From the NCBI GenBank assembly GCA_026026165.1, contig JAPEUD010000001.1:62001-126000 (forward strand): DNA of 64,000 nucleotides. Direction: 5' to 3'. The position numbers were made by a program, and so were the translations under genes. How positions within the stretch are numbered: position 1 is the stretch's first letter; every line of letters starts with the position of its first letter. This document shows positions 37,501 through 49,764 of this stretch, one piece after another. The notes below the pieces were generated by a model. It worked only from the letters and a program-made list of their open reading frames with translations, did not search any database and was not told the origin of the DNA. The stretch is from Sarea resinae. Its lineage: Eukaryota.

Positions 37501-40397
37501 CTCTGGTCTCTGGTCTCTGTTCTCTGTTCTGTTCTCTCGACGCGAGTCATGAGGGTCAGCCATATGTACGGAGTACAAGATACAAGTACCGTAGTAATCT
37601 CGTTCGAGGGAACATGCCGAGGATGACGCTTGAGAAATCGATGCTCGTGCGTTTCACATGCCCCAGCACATTCTGGGCCGGAAATGTGGGGAAGGGTACG
37701 ACAATTCTGGGGGCGGGTTCTAGTGATCTTCCAGCGTGTGTCAATGTTGCGAGTACTCGTACTGTAGGCCACAACCTAAGAGGTACCTTGGAGAGTAGAA
37801 AGCTGTCATCGGCTGGCAGCCATCACTGACTCCCTCTCGATCGAAATATCCCTCTACCCCGTTCTACTTTGCAGATGTAGAACCTCCAATTCGGATGAAA
37901 GGTTCGTCCTTTTGCCAAGGCGAGTTCGCAAGCAACGTGGAATACCGGCTCTGCTGGTAAGAACCATGGCGGACCCCTAGCCCCCACTAGCCACTTTGGC
38001 GTCTCACTCTATCCCGTCCTCGATATCAAGCTGCTCCCCCAGACCTGGGAGGCGTATCGCTGATACACTCGTTGCCCCGGATCATCTTGATTTCGTAGAC
38101 CATGGGTTGGCTGTACCCCTCATTGTTGCGGAACGGGGCCACTGGAATAGGGATGGTCGGCTTATCGAGGAATGCGGAGAAAACCCGCCGCGAAGCGAAA
38201 GCGAAATCTGGGGTCTGGATGCTTGAGAAGACCCTTCTATCTTCGGGGCTGATTAATGCCTCAGCTGCCACGGGTCCAAGCTAGGCATAGCGGCACCGCC
38301 TGCAGCACGGAGAAACACCTGGCTAAAGGCCGACACGAGGCACTCCAATCTATCAAGACCTATCTACTTCGGAGTATGGAGATTTAGATAATTCCAATCC
38401 AATCGGGACCGGCTTTCACGAAATCTCTTCGCATCGTGAGGCGCAAAATCATGACAACATCAAGCAAATCTTGCCCACGGGATCCGGTCACTGGAGCTCG
38501 ATGATGAAGGTCAGAGCTCTTGAACATTGAGAGGGGGACTAATGAAAAAGAATGGATTACGGCTGACGGCCAATAGCGCACAAGAAGGGTTAGGACAAGG
38601 CGTGCAGGGAAGTACGAGCGAGGGAGCCGTCGTGACATTGTAGGGTCGAAAGCCAAGACGCTCATTGGCCATTCTCAGGCTTAGCGGATGCCCTATCTGC
38701 CGCTTGTCCGGGCTTGCCCCGAAACCCGAATTTCGCTCGAACTTTCGGCTTTCTACCCCTGATCGATTTGATTGGCGGGGTACCCAAAGAAGAAGAGATC
38801 GAGGCCCTTTGCCTCTGCAGATTGGAGCAGCAAAGAAAGAAGGAATGAGAACAAGAAAACTTTCTTGAGATGTTATATGTATCCGTACCCGATCTTATTA
38901 GCCCCCAGCCCTGCAAAGGAACAATTGGCACCTCGGAATCGAAGGGCCGCGACAACACCGAACCCTCGAGTAATTTGACCCAGAGCTTGTTTCCAGAGAG
39001 AAGTATTGAGTGACATTGACGTCGAAAAGTCGAGCGAACTCTGACGAGAGATCGGCACAGCTATTCTTCCCATCCAAATGAGTGTGTTCTGTTGAACAGA
39101 GAGGATCCATTTAATGGGATACAGTAATGACTACGTCGTAGGTGGCTCCGGATCCTTCCGGTGTCTCTCGGACTCCCCCTAACTTGCCCGACTCCCAATG
39201 CGGTTGGAGCGGCACTTGTTTTCCCCATGAAAAGCCAAAAGGTGTACTATGAGTAGAAGTACCTACCCATAGCAGGTAGGTCTGGAGGGGCTCACAGTAC
39301 TCCGGAGTACTTCATACTCATCATGGGGCTCATCGCTCATCATGATGAATGTCTGGGGGAGGGTATCGGGCTAGAAAGGGAACTACCGCCGCCTAAAGCG
39401 GATCGGGTAAGGACATGAGGCACTGGAGCATGGGGCCTAAGGTACTCATCGTAGTCATTCTGTATCATCATCGTGGTCGTCGGTTGAAAACCCTGCCAGA
39501 AAGAATCGGGGCCGACTAAAGGTAATGGGTGAATGACACAGCCTCCCGTCCTACTCGAGTACCATCAGCCCTCAGTTCGCGTGCAAGGGAGGTCCTTTAC
39601 GGCGACTCGTCGATTTAGTCTCCCATACGCCATTGCTGTTCCCTGTCTCCCTGATCCCCACACCTGTGCGCAAGCAACTGCAACGCGTCTCAAATACCGC
39701 ATGCACCAGGTGCAAGGTTCCTTGATCCAGTGTGCGGCCAGTACCCCGTACGGGAGTAGTGTCAGGGTTCAGGACACCGCTGTGGATGGCTCTGGATGGC
39801 GGCGGAACCGCACTTCGTCCAAGTGGACACTCTGAGCGTCTATTCCGTATGTGACTCCCCTCCTTGGTCTGCAAAGTTAGCACTCGTCACTACTTCACTA
39901 CTCCGGAGTAGCGATGAATACGCGGTATGCACGGATGGGCAGGGGGCCCGGGGCCTACTCCCTTCGAAGCTTGGTGCGGTACATGGTCCCGCGTTGATCT
40001 TCCCGACTCAGTCGGAGTGCGGGTTATATTTCGGTGAGCGCAGTGATTATGGTGGAAGGATCGTGGACTACGAAGGAACTACTCGAGTACTCGCAGGACT
40101 ACTGTTAGTAGCGTAGCGTCATGCAATGTCTGTATGGCCAATTCGGCGGGAGTAGTGGAGGGGAGGGATAGCGAGCGAGGGGCCATGCTCGACCTTGGTC
40201 TGCTCGACACCAGAACCCCGAATGGAGCTCCTCCATACTTAAGCATCGTCGCCCCTGCCACTGATGTAGCTTCTCCTCGTCGATCGCTTGCCTGTATCTG
40301 TACTGTACTTAACAACTCCAAGGGCGCTCTTGCTCTTTGTCTCGACCGAGGTGCTTCTGTTCACGAGGACTATTCTTCCTGTCTCTATGCTTTCATC

Positions 40398-43120
40398 ATG
40401 ACCGACTCTTCAGCATCCGACACCCAAGAATCCCAGAAGCGGAGTGCCTCTGCTGCGGGTCTGAACGCCAACAGTAACAACAACAGACCCGTGAAGAGAC
40501 GAGCCTCCAAGGCCTGCCAATGCTGCAGGGCGAGAAAGGTTCGATGCAATGTCGTCGAACACGGCGCGCCCTGCACCAACTGCCGGCTGGACGAGGTGGA
40601 GTGTGTGGTGACGGAGAGTAAACGCCGCAAGTGAGTGAACTGTTAGCCTCACCTGGCGAGCTTCCACTGACCGTCTCGCAGGAAGTTGTGGAACAGGCTG
40701 GGTACAGGCAAGCCAGATCCGGCCGACGAACATGCCGCCATTCGAAGTGCGAGCGTCCAGAGGCATGACTCACTGGGACTCGGTGATGAAGCCTCTCCTA
40801 TTTCGCCCGCGAGGCTGGCATACGATTCTGAGCAGGATTCGGTGCAGCACGTGCCGCATCTCATCTGTATGAATCCTGTCTTGTCCGTCCCGAACAAGAC
40901 CGTCTGACATGAGACAGATCAAACGCAAGATCGACGAATCAGCATGCAAGACCCTACAAGACAACCATCCTTCGCCGTTCCGGGAGTTCATGCAGCATCA
41001 CCTGCTGCCAGCCAAGCTTCAATCTTCACCAACAGCCCAATGTTCGAGAATACGCTGCTCCTTCGGCCAAGCGAGAGCCTCCCGAAATACATCAAACCAT
41101 TGCCGACAACCCTCGCTCTCGAAGACGTCGAGTATCTAGAGAAAAAGGGTTGCGTTTCCATTCCGGAACTTCGACTACGCAATGAACTTTTGCAGAGCTA
41201 TGTGAAGTTTGTTCATCCTTACATGCCTTTACTGGAATTGAACGAATTTCTGCGAATTATTGAGCAGAGTGATGGATCCAACGGAGCAATCAGTCTGCTA
41301 CTCTTTCAGGCAGTCATGTTTGCAGGGACTGCGTTTGTAGATATGGAGTATCTTCTGAGTGCAGGCTTCACTACACGAAAGGCTGCCAGAAAGGCCTTTT
41401 TCCATAAAGCCAGAGTATGCGAGCTTTCTAGAGAAATTACTTTGATCGTGCTAACTCTCTGCAGCTCCTATACGATTTCGACTGCGAAGTGGACCGGATC
41501 TCTTTGGTTCAAGCCCTTCTTCTCATGACATTTTGGTACGAGACCCCGGACGATCAAAAAGACACTTGGCACTGGATGGGAGTTGCCATATCCCTCTCCC
41601 ACACTATTGGCCTGCACCGAAATCCTGAAAAGACGAACATGGATCCGAATAAGCAAAAACTGTGGAAGCGGGTTTGGTGGTCCTGTTTTATGCGAGATCG
41701 TCTCATTGCTCTTGGAATGCGGAGGCCCACGAGGATAAAGGACGAGGACTACGACGTGCCAATGCTAACGCTGGATGACTTCGAACTGGAGCCCATCCCG
41801 CAGCATTACTCCTGCATCTCTCCGGAATGTGTCCTGGCTAGGGATGTACAGAAACGACGTCAGCTTGCCATTCTTTGCATCGAAAAGGCTAAACTCTGTC
41901 TTTGCGTCAGCCAAGTACTCAGTGCGCAATACTCGGTTCTTAACAGCAACCAAGGATTCACCGGCGAGGAGGGTAGCAATACCAGACCGACGATGATGCT
42001 GATCCCTAAGAAAGCGGACGTCGAGTCCTGTGACATTGGCCGCTGTGACCAAGAGTTGGAGAGCTGGCTGACCGAGCTACCGGAAGACGCGCGATTCCAT
42101 TCTACTTCGCTCGACCGACTCTCTGGTGGAGACGACTCACTTTTCGTTCATCGCGCGCTGCTCCACATGATGTACTACACGACCCTCAGCGCCCTGCATC
42201 GACCACAGGTTCTACCTTCGGCTCCTTCAACTTCTGGCCGCGCTCCACGCTCAAAACTCCATGACGGGTCTCGAAGAAAGGTTCGACATGCGGCAACGGA
42301 AATCACACGCGTCGCGCAGGAGTTGCACAGGCTGGATTTGGTTCGCTACTTGCCGACCACCGGCGTCACCGTGCTCCTACCAGCGGTCATTGTACACTTA
42401 TTGGACATCAAGTCAATTCACGAGGCAACCCGTCGGGCTAGCCTGCAAGGTTTCTGTCAGTGTATGCAAGTGCTGCAGAAACTTCGAGACAACTACGCTG
42501 CCGCCGATTTTTCGACTTTGTTCCTGGAAGCTGCCATTCGCAAGGCCGATATTCAACTTGGTCCTCGATCTAATGCCGCCAACAAGCAGCCGCGGGCTCC
42601 GAACACTGAGACTCCAATGAATCCGGGAGGGAAGGAAAAACTGATGCGCCCGCCGCCCAGTGGCGCCGCGCTTACTCCGCCTCCCGAGCCACAATCTCTC
42701 GTACCAGACGTGATTGAGAACAGCCAACCTGAATTCAGCTTTCCCGTGTTCACGCCACCCAACTCTGAATCCCAGGGAAGCGAGAATGCTTACGAGCAAA
42801 CTCCTCTCTCTGGGATGAGTGAACCGGAACCGATTCCATTTGGCACCATGGACGAGAACAACACCAGCCTCGCCAGCCTCATGGGCTTCAGCAACTCCGC
42901 TTCGAGTCATGAATTTGACAACGATTTCGACTCGCTGATCAACCTGGATCAAACTTCTGGTGACTCTCTCACCTTTGGTGGTGCACCGGTGTCCATGCAT
43001 GGCGAGAGCAGTGGCTTTACGCTGGATATGGACTGGATGACAGATATGAAGCCGACCGCTGATCCTTCGAATTGTTTCAATACTCCTGCCTTTCAAATGG
43101 ATGATGGTCTTATATTATAA
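40398..43120 (+). CDS. Zn(II)2Cys6 transcription factor, cutinase transcription factor 1 beta / FarB-like
   Basis: Exons 40398-40630, 40682-40866, 40918-41414, 41465-43120 join in frame. KRRASKACQCCRARKVRCNVVEHGAPCTNCRLDEVECVV, HVPHLIYQ, and fungal TF middle domain (FVHPYMP, LLYDFD, QALLLMTFWY, LWKRVWWSCFMRDRLIALGMRRP). Confidence 0.9.
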
Positions 43121-44439
43121 GAATGCCCGACTTGTTACAACTTTCTAATCTTATGGGGGAGATGGATTTTCTTGGGCGCACTTTGTAAGGGAAGGCTAGA
43201 GCAGTCTACATACCCTTGGATGGGTAGGCGGTGTCGGGCGTCAATACTTATGGAGAAATTCTCTACTGTGGACTTTGGAGGATATCGTGGTCTTGTGGAG
43301 CTTTGGCGCTTTCTATCTCGGGGGCTGAAGTGTACGATCAAGCTGTTCTCAGCAGTAGAAATGTCATTCATGTCTCTGAAATCGTGTGCGTGCCTTGCCG
43401 ATGATCTGTCATGTTCGTGCACTAGGATCCGCGGTGCAATTTGGAATGCTCCGAGATGGGCTCTGCTCTAGTAGCCATGATATTGTTGGAGAAGGTGACA
43501 GTGGCTGGTGGGGACAGACGGTGGATGATATTCCAGGATGCTTGGGTCGGTTTGCAACGAGATCTCAGGGATGGCAGAATCGATCATCGAAATCTGCCGT
43601 CTGGTGTGCATCCATTTCCTCGCCTTGCGGGCTGGAGGCAGGGACGCAGGCAGACTGGCTGGCTCGCTACACACACCACCATTGGAAGTCTAAGCCTCAC
43701 TGCACTCATGGCCTCCCGTGGCTTGTTTCTGGCGCGGTCATCGAAATCGAACATTGCTACCTACTCCGTACCATGCACATGGATGATACCTGATCCGAGT
43801 AGTTCAGTGGTGGCAGCAGTAGTAGCATCGCGATAGGACTACATAGTAAGTTACCTGCTCCCTACAGTACTCTCCCTAGTCCCCTTTTCGCTCCCGATCG
43901 TGAGTTTCCAATGTGTGAATGTTGGTGTTTAGCAGTCGAGTGCTGCTGCTGTTGGGTTGGTTCGTGCCTGGCGCCGGTGATTGGGCGGCGGGGTACGAGA
44001 TGTTGCTTCTCGTCTTCTCGTCCGCTACCCCAATCGAGTAGAGTTCCTTCCTTCTGTGCCCCGGCCGGCTCCCCAGGCTGAGTGAGACGACTCCCTCCTT
44101 GTCCGTACAGGCAAATCTCACTACATAGTACAGTCACATACGTGGTGCCCCTACGACGTGCAAGCTACTATGACTCGGTCTGTAGCCGACATGTTTGGGG
44201 CATATGGCGGTTAGGGCAAGGTCCTATCGATCTGGTCTTCGTCTTGTGGAGAAGATTTCATCGACGTTCGGGGTGCGACGGTGGAAGGGCGCGAGCCATT
44301 CGTGCTTGATCGTACCGACGTCGCCGCCGCCCGCCGCCCGTCGGCGTGAGAGCGAGCTGGAGAGTCGGTCCACCTAACGCTAAGGATCTTGCCAAGGGTC
44401 TTCCCCCCTGGCAGGAGCACTACGACGGTCAGCCGCCGC

Positions 44440-44541
44440 TGTTGCTGCGGTTGCTATTGTTGCTGCTACTACTACTGCTGCCACGGCTCCTGCTACTGCT
44501 ACTGTTACTGCTACTACTGCTACTGCTACTGCTACTGCTAC
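44440..44541. repeat. Mixed (CTG/CTA/TTG)n and (CTACTG)n microsatellite
   Basis: Directly visible; produces spurious poly-Leu/Cys/Val ORFs in the track. Confidence 0.85.
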
Positions 44542-46377
44542 CGAATTGCGTCGCTGATTACTCGACAGTCCGCTTCGCTGACGGAGCCCCAATGAGTTTC
44601 AATGGCCAAGCAACGGAAAGAGGAGAAGGCTGCGAGGTTGTCCACAAGGACGCCGACGAGAAGCCCTCACAGCAGGTCAGAAGAGAGGCGGATAAAGCGA
44701 ACAAACTTAAAGTAGGTTGCAGTATTCTAATAGGGCGCCGGCAGGGTCCAGACCGGGGTGTGCCCGATCTTCTACGACTCTACATGACTTTCCACTAGCA
44801 CACCACGGGTCAGTATACAGGGGCCCAGTCACTTTGCCTATTCCCAAAGAACGCCCCCGAGAAGAGCCATCAGTTTGCTTCCCAACAGCACGTCTTTTGG
44901 GCTCCCAAAGATTCGTTAAAGCTCCAGCTCTACTCCGTAAAATACGCTCGAGCCGGCGCGGCGCGGCGCGGCGCCAATCAATGCACCAACCTCGATCGCT
45001 CACCCCGTTAAGACACGATGATCGACGCGCGGCTAGCCCTATGGCGAAGGGTCTCGAGCCAGGGGATTGTCGGTGTTGCCGTACGAACGACGTCCGGCAG
45101 CGGAGTAGAATGCCGTGGAATGGCATACATGTCCTGGACAGTGGTTCGAAGGTCGCTGATGCGTGCTGAATGTTCTGGCCAATCGGAGAGTCAAGCGAAT
45201 TTGATTTCTCTGATGGCTTTGGGGAGCCGATATTCACGGGCGCTGTGTGTTGGGGGTTTGGAGGGGTCCTCCCTGCGTGCGTGTAGAGTGGGCTGGCCGG
45301 GGGACAATGATTAATGCTGGCACAATCTGATGAGACGCGCAGCACGCTACCCACGTTAATTAGCTGAGTGCAGCGGCTCCTTGAGGTTGCCTATTCGGTC
45401 TCTTTTCGACGGCGTGTGATTGCTCGTTTCCAATTTATGCGGAGAGAGCGAGTATGTGTGAGATCGATAGAAGCTGAACGTGAGGCCGAGTCCGGATCGG
45501 GCCTTTTAGTCAGATCATCCTCACCACCTTTACTTCCTCCCCTTGCCTTCTCCCGCTCACCCCCAAGGCGGGGCAGGACAGGGGATGGGGAGGGGAGGGG
45601 AGAGGGGGGCCTTTTTCAGACTTCTCTTCTGCCAATTCTTACTCTGTTTGCTTACTCGTACTAAGGTCATTAATGTCTGACGATGAATCAGATAATACAG
45701 CCCCGGCCCGCTTGCTTCCGCCATTCAGTCATCCTTTCAGTCTAGCGGATGCCAATAATCTGTCCGTGGGAAGTCATTGTCGTTGACTGTATACGCGACT
45801 ACGCTGCTGTTCCGGACTAGTTTGAAGTCAGGCTCGCACGAGGCTGCGGCTGCCACGCGCGCTATATCATACCAATGCCATGCCAATCCCTTCCCTTTTC
45901 TTTTCTTCCATCCTTCCCATGTTCTGTGCCCTGTCCCAGTCTCATGCACATTCTCGTCGAGACGGTCGCAGTAGCAGCATTAAGCAGTTGGGCGATCAAC
46001 ACTAGCCGGCCCGCGCCGACAGATGGAAAGAGATTGAGACAGACATCTAACAGACGCCCTTCGCGGCGCTTTTGCTCGTCGCATCTTCAGCTGAGACGTG
46101 CTTAGTTTCCCTTTTGAATTTTCGACCGGGAAGCTTACCGTCGTACCTTCTTTCTACGTCCCGAAAAGCGAATGATTACACGGTGGCACGTTTTTTCTAT
46201 TGACCTGACTCCAAAGAGGAATAGATATGGGAAGACGCTCTCGCCTTCATGGCTGCAGTGATTTTGTGGTTGCTCAGCGGACTTTGTCAGTCGGCGACGG
46301 GCAAAAAGCGTAGGAGGAGAATATCTCTGCTGAGCCTGCCATCATTGACGTGGTCGGCTCCCTTGAATAAGTGCGCC

Positions 46378-47719
46378 ATGTCCGAAGAAGCCCGCGGATC
46401 CGGATCTGGGAATGACAGAGAAGATAGGAAGAGGTACGTCATGGCCCTGCTCGTAGATCCAGGGACGAGACTCACGGCTGCTCTCTCTTTTCATCCTTTT
46501 CGAGGAGGCTATCGCGCTGACCCTGGAATGTGCGCGCAGAGAGTATAATAGATTGGCGCAAAGACAGTTCCGTACGTTTCATATGAAGAAAATTCTGATG
46601 GTTTTCTCTCTCAGGCTTCCGACAAGACAGAGACTCACTCGATGATCGGCAGGAAGAAGAAGAAAAGAACATCTCAAGCGATTAGAACAACTGGAGAGGG
46701 AGCAGGGAAATGAGCTGTCGCAGGAAATGCAGCGCCTACGAGCCGAGAATGAGGCACTGATGAACGAAAACGAGGCCTTGAGGGCGCAACTCTACGGCTC
46801 GCCGTCTGCCTCCCCTCTGGATGCGCCCTCGGTCTCCGACCTGAGCCAGAGGTCCCCGTCCGTCAGTCCTGGGCCGTCCAGACGAGCCAAGGCAGAGCAG
46901 GGAAGCCCGTTCACCGATCCAGAGATGCCCCGCCCTGGTCCGACCTTTCCTTCATCATCACCAGGCCTCCATCCAGGGCCACCTGTCATCGGCCCACCAT
47001 CGCCACACTCACACTTTGTGGCTCGGCAAGACGTGCTCCAGCAGCTCACGCCGCTTGCGTCTTCATTCAATCCCTTTGCTCCAAGCTCATCCCTCCACAT
47101 TCATCCCAGTCGTCCCTCTTTACCGGGATCCTCCCAATCCATCAGCGGCGAAATCGACCTCAGCAGTCTAGGCTTTTCCCATCAACAACGACAACATCAA
47201 CATCAGCCACGACAACAACAACAACAACAACAAAGTCAACGCACAACAGCGGCCTTGACACCATACAACCTCTCCAAGTTCCGAGACTTCCTCCACGAGA
47301 TTTTCCACGACATCCTCGTCAACCCGGCTGTGACGACCTCGCCAGAGCTGCATCTCACCGCACTCAGCAACCTCTCTCGGTCGTTGCCGGTGCCCTTGCA
47401 GCCCACGGTCCAACAGCTCGGCACGCCGCACCACTACACGATCGACCTGGTGCCGTCGCCGACGCTACGCGACCGGCTCATCGGCCTCGGCACGGCCGGC
47501 TCCTTTGGCTTCGTGACCGAGGTTCTGGGTTTCTTCGTCGACTCGGCCGTCGACGAGGGCCAGATCATCATCTGGGGCGACAACCCGCTCGACGAGACGG
47601 CGTGGGAGATGTCTGTGGGCGTACTGGGGCGCTGGGGCTGGCTCGTGGGCAGGGAGTGGGTCGAGCGGGCGAATTTCTGGCGACGGCAGCGGGGCGCCCC
47701 GCCTTTGCCGGAGTGGTGA
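46378..47719 (+). CDS. bZIP transcription factor with C-terminal DUF3425 domain
   Basis: Exons 46378-46433, 46540-46571, 46653-47719 give DRKREYNRLAQRQFRRRRKEHLKRLEQLE followed by a zipper (MQRLRAENEALMNENEALRAQL). DUF3425 motifs LQPTxxQLxTPH..IDLVPSPTLRDRLI, IWGDNPLDETAWE, ANFWRRQRG. Confidence 0.88.
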
Positions 47720-47788
47720 GCGTGATTTGGATTTGGTCATGATACCCCCAAACAGAGACAGACGCCGACAGCTAGGAGTAGAGATACA

Positions 47789-47835
<47 letters not shown>

Positions 47836-48164
47836 AATAGAAAAAAAGAAGACCCGACCTGTGAAAAGCCTGCGAGGGCGCGCGGAGACCAATGTACATG
47901 AGGATAGAAGGCCGAGAATCTAGAAAGCATGTCGGATGCATACGAATGCGAAGGGTGGAAATGGAAAGGGTACAAAACGTCCTCTGGAAAGAAATACACG
48001 AATGAAAAGACTCTGTTGGCAACGAGATCGGTTTGCATGGTGTGTTTGTCTCTGTGTGTGGATGATGTATATATCTTGGGTTCAGCGAGAGAAGAAGAAG
48101 AAGAAGAAGAAGAAGAAGAGGAGGAGGAAGGGGAAGGGGAAGGGGAAGGGGCGGCGCGGCGGGG

Positions 48165-48554
48165 CGTGGGACTTGGTGGGGAACAGGGGGCACGGGGCGT
48201 TGTCGTCGTTGTCGAGTGTCGTTGTCGTTGTCGAGTGTTGTTGTCGTTGTCGTCGAGAGCCATTGTCATTGTCATTGTCATTATTATTGTCATAAACACG
48301 CTATCTTTTGTATTCATCTGAAGGGTTTTTCTTGCTATGGATCTTTGATCTCTACATTCCCCGTGGGACTTGGTGGGGAACAGGGGGCAAGAGGCGTCGT
48401 GGTCGTTTTCGTGTTCGGTGTCGTTGTCGTCGAGTGCCATTATCATTGTCATTATCATCATCATTGTCATTGTTATAAACACGCCATCTTTTGTATTGTA
48501 TTCATCCGAAGAAGTTTTCACTTGATATCTTTGGTCCCCAGATCTACATTCCCC
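48165..48554. repeat. Diverged tandem duplication, two copies of about 195 bp
   Basis: Both copies start CGTGGGACTTGGTGGGGAACAGGGGGCA (48165, 48362), share TAAACACGCYATCTTTTGTATT and end TCTACATTCCCC. Confidence 0.85.
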
Positions 48555-49262
48555 GTCTTAGTGGTCCACGTTCCCATGCCTACACGTTCTCCCTTCCCCA
48601 CATCCATCCACACAGCCTTGCGACACCATGCCGACATCGCGTTGAGTGAGTTGTGTTTACTTTTTCTTTTTTTCTTTTTTCCTTTTCTGTGAGCTGTCTG
48701 TGAGAGCTCGGTCTGTTGGTTAGTTGGTTGGCTAGTTGGTTGGATGGATGGGTGGGGTGGGAGGAGTGAGGAGTTGTTGGTAGAGTTGTTGTTCGAGGAG
48801 TCGGCAACGGAGTCATTGGAGTTGCTCTTAGAAGAGTCGTCAAAGGAGTCGTCGTCAGAGGGGTAAGGAAGATAGGATAGGATAGGATAGGGTAGGGTAG
48901 GAGAGGGTAGGATTCGAGATGGGCTTGGGATGGGTTGCTATGTTGATGGGTTTGTGCGTTCGTGCTGGGACGAGGTGTGGTGAGGTGAGATGAGATGGGA
49001 TGGGATGGGATGGGATAGGGTGTTGTATCTATGTCAACACTTTTGAGTACACACACACACATACATACTTAAACACATACAGCATCACAACCCTACAACA
49101 TCCATCCACCCGCCTACCTACTACAACCAAACACAGGGACTTGCATTGACATCGACTAAACTCATCGAGATGGACAGACAGGGGTGGGGGGGGGGTGTTG
49201 GGGGGGGGGAAAGCACGGAGTGGATTTCTAGCTAGTATTAATTGGATGAGCTAACTAGGTGG

Positions 49263-49764
49263 CTATCTGGCTGGTTCCGGAGCGGGGCGAAAATGTCGTG
49301 GTGGAGAGAGCCGACGATGAAGAGGGAAGAGCGGGATGGTGGCGCTGGCGCGCTGACGAGCGGACTGCCATGATGGTAGAGGGATGGCGTGTTGTTGTTG
49401 TTTTTGTCGTGGTGGTGGCGGTGCTGATATCGCTGTATCGTCTTGACGAGCAAGGGAGTGACTTTTTCGTGGTCGTGGTCGTGGTGTTGTTGGCGGAGGC
49501 GTTGATATGAGGGCTGAGCTACTAGTGGTGTTGATAAGACGGTGTGCCTACATTAAGAGTATGAGGGGGGAACGATTTGCGAGCGAACGATTTGCGAGGC
49601 GGTGGGGTAACAACTGACTTCGGATGTCGGCCGGACGAGCGTATTCAAGGGAAGAGAGAGACTCTCTATCACATGGGTTTGTTGTTTACAATCTTCGAGC
49701 CGGACGCGAAGAGGCACACGAAGACGGCGACCACGAACACGATGACGAGAAGCGTTTCAACCAT
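49263..49764 (-). CDS. Candidate two-exon small membrane-anchored protein (about 119 aa), not in the ORF track
   Basis: ATG in a strong context (GCCATCATGG). Exon 1 49764-49690 = MVETLLVIVFVVAVFVCLFASGSKI; intron GTAAAC..CTCAT/CTTAAT..TAG (49689-49548); exon 2 49547-49263 open for 94 codons in phase 0, Pro/Arg/Ser-rich. No recognised homology. Confidence 0.4.

Noticed and set aside
40134..40397. N-terminal extension of the Zn2Cys6 factor from upstream in-frame ATGs
   Set aside because: The extension looks like pyrimidine-rich leader/promoter sequence, and the ATG at 40398 has better context and sits just before the conserved domain.
48165..48554. CRISPR-like array
   Set aside because: Only two long units, eukaryotic context and no cas genes; an ordinary tandem duplication.
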